Part shown: in pieces, positions 38,166-49,058 of the stretch
How positions within the stretch are numbered: the first letter of the stretch is position 1
Layout of the letters: every line of letters starts with the position of its first letter
Source: Mytilus trossulus
Lineage: Eukaryota
Assembly (NCBI RefSeq): GCF_036588685.1
Contig: NC_086374.1
Location: forward strand, 71,176,001-71,240,000
Direction: 5' to 3'
DNA: 64,000 bases
Position numbers and translations under genes: made by a program
Notes under the pieces: model-generated
Told to the model about the DNA's origin: nothing
Databases searched by the model: none
What the model saw: only the letters and a program-made list of their open reading frames with translations

Positions 38166-39179
38166 TCCATGTCCCTGTAGCTTTCAATGTTTATCTCCTC
38201 AATTTCAAGCAGACATATCTCTTTTGTCCTAAATGACAATTATTTCAGGGTAAAGCAGCACCTTCTGATATAGTTTACTAAGAAGTTAAACAACATATCT
38301 TTAATGGCATATAAGAGAGAACTCGTTCCCAGAACGTCGGATGTATCAACGCATGTACTTCAGATCTGACAAACAGACAAAATGTCCCTGACATTTTACA
38401 TTTCCTGTAGTGCCCATTAGTTTCGGTCTCGGAAGTGGGATTCCATGTAATCGAAGTAGAATTAAAATTAAAAAAAAGTATGTGCGCTACTTCAATATAA
38501 TGGACTTTTGTTTATGCGGCTGTCTTTAAAATGAGAGATTAAGCTAGCTACAAAACCAGGTTTAATCCACCATTTTCTACATATCGAAAGTAAGGAATGA
38601 GACAGTTGTTTTCAATTCATGTTTAATTTGTTTAATGTGTTTGATCTTTCGATTTTGTTACTTGATACAGGAATTTCCCGTTTTTTCAATTTTTATGGAG
38701 TTTGGTATTTCTGTTATTTTTCTTTTTAAATTTTCTGTTGTTTTTAGCAAAATATAATGATGTCTAAATAATCTCTTTCAGATGGTTATGAAGTAATATT
38801 AAAACAAAATTTTGGAATCAATTGAATAACTCTAAATGTTGTATTAGAAATAAACAGCTAAATAACTTGTCTAATTAGGGAAACTAAGCATCTATGTCCA
38901 ATTTAATAGAAAACCACTATTGAACACTTTTAATCCAGTTTCATTCTTAATAGAATGATAGATGGAGAAGCGTTCAGCTTTTAAAAGTTAAAATTACTAG
39001 TATTGCATAGAGAGAAGGTGCGTTTCTTCTGTTGTTTTAGTATTTTAAAATTCACGCTATTTCAAAACCTACAAAGGTATCAGTGAAAACACATATATAT
39101 AATAATTGGGATCGAAGTGAACCGACCATATAAGCAGCATAATTAAAAAAAAGTCTTGTGTCTATCGTTATAAGATATA

Positions 39180-39320
39180 CTAGAACACACCCGTAATATC
39201 ACGGATCTGTGACTGAATTTAAGAATATAACTATGCGTAAGCCTTATCTTAGTATTGCATACTGAGTCATCTGTTAAAGTCATGCCGATTATAAGATGTA
39301 CAATTTTCTCTGCTTTTAAA
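39180..39320 (-). mobile_element. Helitron-like 3' terminus
   Basis: Minus strand reads ccgtgatattacgg (hairpin), gtgtgtt, then CTAG|T. The 5' extent is unknown. Confidence 0.55.
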
Positions 39321-39431
39321 CAGAGTAAACAGATGTTCTTAATATTCTGCACTTTTTACATCCATTGTTTTGTAAAAGTCTGCACACTGTTTCAAACAGC
39401 TTGATTTTTGAATCTTCATTCTTTAAAAAGT

Positions 39432-41129
39432 TCACGTAATTTTATACAAAAAGGCTGTACCACGCGAGTTAGAAATTAGAAGAATATTTCTGTTTTGGTC
39501 AAAATGAATACAATAAGGCTCTTCAATTTTATGTTCTCCTCCTAACAGTTCACGGGCGTACTTTCCATCTGGTGAAATTACAACGATACGGTTATTCTCC
39601 CTGGAAGCCACATATACATTGGAATCGTTATCAATAGTTACTCCACGAGGCTCCTTCAATATTGATTCGTCTTTGTATTCCCAAACCTTCTGTCCTGTGA
39701 TTGTGTAGCATGTGACGGTATCTGAATAATAGTTTGCATGGTATATCTTGTCTTTTAATGTTGCGACATAGTTCCAATGATTCTCGTCATCGATCTTAAC
39801 TACTGTATTGATAGTACTTTCATTATTGACATCTACTGTTTGAATACCACTTCCTGTTTCATAATATACTAATTTTCCATTTCTATTCGTGATGCCGTAC
39901 CACTGTCCGGACGTTTTAATCATTTTAACAATCTTTTTATTTCTGATGTTAAAGATTACTATATGAGAAGGATTTTCACTACGGGTGACAGCAACGGTAT
40001 TTTCATCAATATATGTAGCATCAACCGTTAAAGCAGATACAGGCATTTCACAATCGAATAATCCGTTTTCATTGAAGATTATTAGACTATCAGTGTTATC
40101 ATCTACCAAAACTATTTCCCCAGTAGGCATGATACTGCAGCCCGTGATTATATTTCTTCTTCCTAGGTTTGGAATCTTATTTTTTTTCAAAAAAGTAGGA
40201 TTGATGTCATTGATTGATTTTGATATTGTCGATATCATCTTTTGAGCTTGCTTGTCACTATTCATCGTCAAAGTAAGAGTTGGTGGGTTTGCTTTAATGG
40301 ATAAATCTCCAATCTTTGACATGGAGAGTATGGCAGACAGCTTGTCATCAATTCTACATTGTAGGTTTATTTGTTGTAAGCTTCCATCATCTATTAAAGA
40401 CTGCACAATTTTTTATTCATTTTGGATCTCGGCCTCAAACATTTTGCAATCCAAAAAAGTTTGAAGGTCAGTTGCAAAACTTTTCGTCGCGAAAATATTG
40501 TATTGTATCTCATCTATTGCCTTACCGTGGTCGGAAAATTTAGAAAGAAGTCTTTTGATTTGTGATTGGACTTTCTGTTCCGCTGCTTGAATATCCTGTT
40601 GTAATCCATTTTCAAGTTTATCTAGGTGCTTGTTTATTTTCTTTCGTATCTCTTTTATTTCTGTCTGGAATGTTTGTCGCTGTTGCTGAATTTTCCTCAA
40701 ATTTTGTGTTCTGTCATCAACTATTTTAGCTATGTTGCTTTTCATGTCTTTTAAACTTTGTTCCATTATGTCAAATAATGCTGAAGTCTTCGACATTTTG
40801 ACAATATCATCAATTGCCATTAAATCACATGTTTTGTGATTTCTTGTTATACAAAGCGGACAACAGAGTTTTTCGTGCTGGGAACAGAAGTGCTGATATT
40901 TTTTTTCATGGTCTGAGCAGTATTGGTTTATACTTGCAATAGTGTGTGGTAGTTTTTGATAATTGTTCATTGAAATAACTTCATGATTTCTTGAGGCTTT
41001 GGAGGCACGATGGTGTTTTTCGCATGATGAACATAACCCTTCGTCGCATTCAGAACACCAGAAGCTAGCCCCTCTCACTGTGTGCTGTGTTTCACACACA
41101 CCACAAATTGTTCCACTAGTTGCAGCCAT
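39432..41129 (-). pseudogene. RING-less TRIM-like gene, copy A', with one in-frame TAA after codon 238
   Basis: ORFs 40413-41129 and 39432-40406 are in the same frame. EAEIQNE*KIVQSLI aligns with EAEIQKEEIFMQSLI of copy C, i.e. GAA>TAA at 40413-40415. The frame is otherwise open. Confidence 0.88.
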
Positions 41130-42992
41130 TTCAAACTGAAAACAAATTTCAAAATGTTATAATTGAATTCAAAACAAAGCTATTCATATGTTTTTTTTGT
41201 TGTTTTTAGATAGGGAATAGTTAGATTTGAGCTGCTTCCTTCCCTGATAAAATATACCAGTTTGACCTTTATTATAATCATTTTAGTTTGCTTATATGTG
41301 AGTTTCAATTGGTGATTTTTTTAGATCATGTTTCAATTAGAGTATATGTATTATTGATCATCTCACTATTTTTAGTTTATACATATCTTATTAAAAAATA
41401 ACAAATCCTGAATTAAGGGTGACAATTCATATCATGTAAATGAGACCATAGATATAGGAAGATGTGGTGTGAGTGCCAATGAGACAACTCTCCATCCAAA
41501 TAACAATTTAAAAATTAAACCATTATAGGTTAAAGTACGGCCTTCAACATGTTGACTAAATTGTACATCTTACTTTGTTGATCTCTATCGCTTCAAATTC
41601 TCTCACGATCTACTTTAGGAAATTGTTTTAAAAGGTTAAACTAACATTGTGCTGAACAATTTTGTCGTCTTGTCTATTATTATTTATGTTTTACTAAAAT
41701 ATAATATACTCCTTTCGTTAAATGATTGGTTTAGAACAGTTCAACTTACTAGAAGGTCTTACGTTGCTACTTTTTTCGTACATGTATATTGTTTCATACT
41801 ATTTAAGTGTTACACATAAAATATTATTTAATGGATATAAAAGAACTCAGGGAAAATAACTTCTGTTGGGGGTCAGTTTACAATTTCGGTCATTTTTTAT
41901 TATTTGTAGATAATGCATTCATAATTTCTCGCATTAATCTTGGTTTCTGCACACAAAAAACGCATAAATTTTAGTAAAACACATTTCTGAAGTACATACA
42001 AATCATTTGACAATCTTAGAACTGATGACTAATGTGTACATCTTTTTATAATCAACATTTTTTATATGATATTAATTGGCTTTCCGGGAAAATAACTTCT
42101 ATAAGACGATTTTTTTTCTTCAAATATAAAAAAGAAGATGTGGTATGATTGCCAATGAGACAACTATCCACATAAGACCAAAATGACACAGACATTAACA
42201 ACTATAGGTCACCGTACGGCCATCAAAAATTCGAAATCAGTAAGATATAGACTTTCTCGACCTGTTTATCATTTAAAATACTGTCAGGTTTTCTCTGTCT
42301 GCTTTTCATTAGTTCTTGATATATGATTTTATTCATAGGTGGGGTTTTTTAGCACTAGCATTTATTTTTGTTCAACTTCTCTTTTGAACTTTCATGTAAA
42401 GTTTGGTAAAATTATGTTTTAGAGAAGATTTTTTTTTGTAATATTTACGATGACAAAGATATACGATGGACGCTAAACGATGACAAAAGCTAACATGCAA
42501 GTAAGCTAAAAGGAAAAGTAAAAATCACAAACAATATCAATTAAAAAAACATCTACTAGGTTTCTGTAACTTTTCTGTTTACACCAACTTGTCTTTACAT
42601 ACATTTCATGGTATAAACACGGTCTTACTTCCCTAAATTTTAAGATAAATTAAAATGCGTTCCATATTATTCATCGAACAAATAATTAATTGATGTCCCC
42701 CTTTTTATTTACTTGAAAGCAATATCAGTATTTATGTACCTCAATAAAAGTTATGGAATTTGTCTTTAATCAATAAGTGACAAAAAGCTCGGAACGTATA
42801 TCAGCCCCAACACAGCAAAAGCTGAAATACGTAAACCGTTCTCAAATAGATTAATAAATGTGTATCAAGGTGTTTCCATAGCAGGTCATGACAACGATTT
42901 CGAAAGTACTTTTGATTTACAAATCAATTCCGTATTGAGAGTCATTTGCTAACACATCAACTTGTAGATATATAACAATTATCAGTGATTTT

Positions 42993-43160
42993 ACCTTACA
43001 ATATTGATGTCATTAGGTTAAAATTTATATCAAAACATTCCATGTCTTCTTACAAGGTCACTATATCAACCCGGATGTATAAAGGCGACAAACACGTAAT
43101 ACAGGTATACTCTATCAACAAAACAACGCAACACATAAACTACAAATTGACTGCTGCTTT
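42993..43160 (-). promoter_or_regulatory. Candidate non-coding exon 1 / promoter of copy A'
   Basis: Donor-like TAAG|GTAAAA (GT at 42994-42993) and CCGGATGT at 43071-43078. Confidence 0.5.
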
Positions 43161-43884
43161 CATTTTTTTATACAGTCTGTCCCTGTCATGTAAGAGTTTA
43201 TGTATGTTACACCGAACTTTCAAAATGAAACCAAAAAAGTTAAGACAAAAAAATTGTAAACGTGTCCTGTCCCCTTTAATATTGTTGTCGTGTGATGTAT
43301 TTTATTTCTGTTTTCTTAATCTATGTTTGGAGAATTTATGTTGTTTATAACATATCTTTTAATGTTTTTTTATAGACTCTGGACAATTTGAAAGAAAAAC
43401 AAAGGATATTGCATATTGGATATTCATCCATGAATCAAAATTAGTATATAATTATGTAAATAAAAAAAAATATAAAAAGCGATGGAATAGCGCTTGAAGT
43501 GCTTCTCATATACTTAAATCACATGTCTGAACTATGTCTTATAATCCTGGTACCTTTGATAACTATTTGGGGATGGTTTTTTTGTTGTTTTTGTATTTTT
43601 TGTTTTATATGTTACAGCATCATTGACCACTCAAACACATCCTTTTATCAATATTGCTATGCAATATCACCTTCAACATTTGACAATTATCGATATGTGC
43701 ATTCACAGTATTGTTTGTCTGTTTGTCTTTTTCATATTTAGCCATGCGTTGTCAGTTTATTTTCGATTTATGAGTTTGACTGTCCCTCTGGTATCTTTCG
43801 TCCCTCTTTTCTAAAACAGGGTATTAGTATAATTAAGGTTTTGAGCTTTGATTTTTCTATTTCTGTAAGAGCGTTAATACATCA

Positions 43885-45110
43885 CTTAAAAATCTTTTAA
43901 GCATATTATACTAAATGGAAGTTGAAAGTGAACTTGAATAAAACGAAAGTTGTAACTTTTTGCAAGAGACCATTCAAACATAACCAAATTTTAAAACTTT
44001 TTGGCAAAAATCAAGATATAGAAGATTCTTATTCTTGTTTAGGAGTAATTTTAAGTTACAATGGTTCTTTTGTTAAAGCCAAGAAAATATTAGTCCAGCA
44101 AGCGCAAAAAGCATAATTCAGTTTATACAAAAAAACACGCAATATAACTACCTGTTGATTTACAGATTAGCTTATTCGATACTCTCATACTTTTCATCCT
44201 GACTTATGGTGCGAGGTGTGGGCATTTGAAAACATTCAGATGATAGAAAAAAATCACCTACAATTTTTCAAAAAATATACTTACGATAAGAACCACTTCT
44301 CCTACTCCTAATTTCATGTCTTATGGAGAACTTGACAGAACTCCAATTGAGGCAGCTATTAACTTAAAAATTGTCTGCTTTTGAAATAAACTTATTGTCA
44401 ATCAAAACAAATTAAGCAGTGTTTTATATAGAGTAATGTATAATCTAGTCTTCAATCAGGTAATACTAGTTTTAAGTGGATGAATCATTTAAAGTCTAGT
44501 TTTGATAACACGGGACTCAGCTATGTATGGACTCAGCAATTTCCAGTTAATTCATTCCAATTAAAAGTTACTGTAAAACAAAGGCTCGTAGATCGGTTCA
44601 TCCAAAAATGGTATAGCCAAATAGAAAATTCATCAAGAGGAAAGTTTTATGGTCGATTTAAATTAGAATTTAATCTGGAAAACTACCTTCTAAAATTATT
44701 TCCAAGAGAAAGACAATTATTAAAAACAAAAACAAATATTATTTTTTTTGAAATACCCATAGAAACCGGAAGGTGGACAAACATTCCAAAAGAAGAAAGA
44801 ATATGCCACTTATGTCATGTAGGAATTGGCACTAAATTTTCTGACCGTCGTAAAAATACGAAACAAACATACATTATTCCTATTTACTTTACTAGATATC
44901 CATGTATCAAAAAATGATAGGCTTATTGACACTGAGTAATGAAAAAGTAATAAGAACAAAATAACTGTATATTTTTTTATGTTTGTTTTTTTTTTCTTTG
45001 TTATACCCATCATTGTTTTGTTTTGTTTGTCTGTATGTAAATATTGTATTCATCGTGTTACACGTATGTATTGTGTCTGAGAGATCAAATAAAAGTTGAG
45101 AGTTGAAGTC
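43885..45110 (+). mobile_element. Degenerate 5'-truncated LINE, absent at the homologous site (~4760-4770) of the first copy
   Basis: KWKLKVNLNKTKVV, YGELD and IPIETGRW..EERICHLC motifs with frameshifts. Ends AATAAAAGTTGAGAGTTGAAGT. Confidence 0.85.
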
Positions 45111-47373
45111 TTAACTGGGACTCCCAATCACATCCCAGAATGCAATCAATATTGAATATGTTTTTGTTAATTTTAAAAGTAATGATTACCATGTTGAACG
45201 GATTTGTATTGTATTATGAGAAATTAAATTTGATAATCAATATATTGTTTTATAATAATTTGAAAACACAAAAAGACATATATAATTATCATACTTAAGA
45301 TAGAGTTTTTATTATCTGTGTGCTCTAAATATTTGTATAAGAAACCAAATAAATTTGAAATTGAAAAAAAAAGTTATTTCTTTATCCAGACACATTACAA
45401 AAGAAAAGCGCAATATATCAATAAGATTTCAAAATTTATAAGTCGAAATTCAGCTGGTAACACCATAGCAAAGAAAACGAAAAACTTCCAAAGACATTCA
45501 CTATTATATATAATTACTACCATTTAAAACGAGGGATACATGTTATTAAGATAGAGCTGCACTTATCAATAAAATGAACAAGGCCGTAGCAGATCCAAAA
45601 TAATCAGGTCATCTACATTGTAACTTCCCTCAACCTATCAAACAAAAATCCAGAAAATCACCTAATCCAATTGATATTATAATATCTACTATAACATCTC
45701 ATGATCCTCTCAGTCGTTTTCAAAAATAGCGTCGGACTAGAGGAAAGGTCTGGTTGTCATTTTCAGTTGATGATTACCTCGGAGTGATTGTCAGTGAAGC
45801 TGTCAGATGAATAACAAAGAAATTTTAATCAATAGAGGTATAAATACATTCATTGCTATCATTGTTATCATGTAGACATGTCTCAGCTTTATGACAGTGA
45901 GAGCTGCTAAGGTTTTTTTATTACATATTACACATCACGTTATTACAAGCCATGCTTTTTCGCATTCCATTTGAGATTGATAGAGGTTTGATGTGGCTCC
46001 TGAAAAACAAAAAAGGGAAACTTGACTTTATATATTGAGTTATATATGACGAAACAGAAGCCAAATTATAGCTAAATATATCTAAATATACATAAACATT
46101 GGCTAGAGGTATAGGGAACGGTTGAGATCTCAAAAATTATGTTTAACCCCGCCGCAATTTTGCACCTGTCATAAGTCAGGAGCCTCTGGTCTTAATTTAG
46201 TTTCTTGTGTATAATTCGGAGTTAAGTATGACGTCCATTATCACTGAACTAGTATGCATATTTGTTTAGGAGACAGCTGAAGGACGCCTACGGGTGCGGG
46301 AGTTTCTCGCTACATTGAAGACCCGTTGGTGGCCTTCGGCTGTTGTCTTTTCTGTGGTCGGGTTGTTGTCGCTTTGACACATTCCCCATTTCCATTCTCA
46401 ATTTTATAAACGGTCACATTATATATCAATAGATGAATCATCTCGATAAAGTATTTCAATTTTACGGAAATCTCCACAAAAATAAACTTTAAAGATAAGC
46501 AATTTATTAATGTCCGATGCATCATTTCTCACAAATTGAATAGAAATCAAGTTTAGATGTCAAACTGTTGGTAAAATGTAGAGAAATAAATCAATGCATT
46601 AGTTTTTCGATTTATTACAGATTTGAATTAAAGGATGAATTCAATTTAGTTATTTCTGAAGAATTTTGAATGTTAGTTATGACTACATTTTTTATGATTA
46701 AATATTAAATTAATTAATTTGGTCGAACTACATTACATGTATAAGGTTATTAAAGATAAATTAACAAAATGAACACAGAACAAAAACTTTGTCAACGTGG
46801 ATTAAAAAGCTGTCACCATAGGTGTTATCTGAATACCCATTACCTTAAACATGTATAATTCTCAATTTTAATTATGTAGATTATCCTATAGTCTGCACAC
46901 TTTGAAATTTCCATATTCGTGTTAGCAAATATATCAATTTATTCATAATAAGGTTAAAAACACATATAAATTATAGAAAAAACAAAAACTATCATGTCTC
47001 ATATTTGTTCAAAACGTGATGCAACAACATTTTAAACTAGTTGTCAGTAACTGCGAGTACTGTGAAATTTGTACTTTGTGGTGCTGTAAAAGAACATCTC
47101 TTTGTTTTTTATTATTTATATACTTTTTTGTATCCATCTGACGAGTTTAGCTCTTTTCAACTGATTTTTATAGTTCGTTGGTATATATGTTGTACTTTTT
47201 TACCACTGTCCAAGGTTTGCCAGAAAGTGGGGATTCCGGTAACATTTTAGTAAATTTGTAATTCTTTTATAATATAAAACATTGTCCCTTTTTTACATTT
47301 ATAATTTTCTTGAAATGTTAACAATAAATATTTCTATATTTTCAAAACAAGAAAAGTTAAAACACAAATGTCA

Positions 47374-49058
47374 TTAAATGTTATACAAAAAGGCTGTTCC
47401 ACAAAGGTGGTTACTAACAAGTAGAATTTTTCTTCCTTGGTCAAAATAGACACCAACAGGCTTATCAACCCCGTCTTCTTTTCCTAACAATTCACGGGCG
47501 TGCCTTCCGTCTGGTGAAAGTCCGACGACATTGTTTTTCCCCTTAGATGCCACATACAAATTGGAATCGTTGTCAATTGCTATTCCACGAATTATTTTCA
47601 AAATTGGTTCGTTTTTTCCCAAACCTTCTGTCCTGTGACTGTGTAGCATGTGACGGTATCTGTGACGGGGTTTGTATGGTAAATTTTGTCTTTTGCAGCT
47701 GTAACATAGTTCCAATGCTGCTTGTCATCGACTTTAACTACTGTAGTGATAGAACTTTCATGATTGACGTCTACTGTTAAAATACCACTTCCTGTTTCAT
47801 AATATATTAATTTTCCATTGTTATTTGTAATGCCGTAGCAGACATTTGATGTTTTAATCCTTTTAACAATCGTTTTATTGGCGATGTTGATTATTTCTAT
47901 ATAATAAATCCATTCATGATGGGTTACAGCGACGGTATTTTCAGCAATACATGTAACATCTACAGGCCTACGTGCTACAGGTATTTCAAAATCAATTAGT
48001 CCGTTTTCATTGTGGATTACAAGACGATTATTGTCATTATCTACAAACACCATTTGCCCAGTAGGCATGACAGTGCAGCCCGTGATTCCACTTGTTATCC
48101 CCCCTTTTACTATCTCAAATAAAGTAGGATTGATGTCATTGATTGTTTTTGATATCGTTTGTACCATTTGTTGAGCTTGTTTGTCTCTAGTCATCGTCAA
48201 GGTGATCGTCGGTGGATTTGCTAAAATTGATATCTCTCCAAACTTGGTGATTGAGAGTATGTCAGATATCTTGTCATCAATTATACATTGTAATTTTATT
48301 TGTTGTAGGCTTCCATCTTCTATTAAAGACTGCATAATCATCTCTTTTCTTTGGATCTCTGCCTCTAACATTTTACCGCCAAGAAATGTTTGAAGGTCAG
48401 TTGCAAAACTTTTCGTCGCCAAAATATTCTTCTGAAGCTCATCTAATGACTTCTCATGGTCGTAAAATGTCGAAAGAAGTCTTTCTATTTGTGATTGGAC
48501 TTTCTTTTCCGCTGCTTGGATATCCTGTTGTATTTCATTTTCCAGTTTATCTAGGTGCTTGTTTATTTTATCACGTATCTTTTGTATATCTGTCTGGAAT
48601 GTCTGTCGCTGTTGTTGAATTTTCTCCATATTCAGTTTCCGGTCTTCTACTATTCTTCCTATGTTTCCCTTCATATCTTGTAAACTTTGTTCCATAATGT
48701 CAAATAATGCTGAAGTCTTCGACTTTTTGACAATATCATCAATTGCCACCAATTCACATGTTTTGTGATTTCTTGAAATACAAAGCGGACAACAGAGTTT
48801 TTCATGCTGGGAACAGTATAGCTGATACCTTTTCTCATGGTCTGAGCAATATTGGGTTATACTTGTTATGGATGACGGTATTTGTCGATAATCCTTCACT
48901 GAAGTTATTTCATGAATTTTTGAGGCTTTGGAAGCTTGGTGGTGCTTTTCACATGATAAGCATAATCCTTTATCGCATTCAGGACACCAGATGACGGCTT
49001 CTTTCACCACGTATTGGGTTTCACACACACCACAAAATGTTCCACTGGCTGAAGCCAT
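47374..49058 (-). pseudogene. RING-less TRIM-like gene, copy B', 1-bp frameshift near the 3' end (may be a homopolymer error)
   Basis: Near-identical to copy B. T6 at 47612-47617 versus T7 at 7375-7381 shifts the frame after VWEK. The rest of the C-terminus is in ORF 47374-47715. Confidence 0.85.

Noticed and set aside
197-49058. Assigning a symbol such as TRIM71/lin-41, TRIM2/3 or brat
   Set aside because: No RING and no clear filamin domain; these look like lineage-specific paralogs and orthology cannot be shown.
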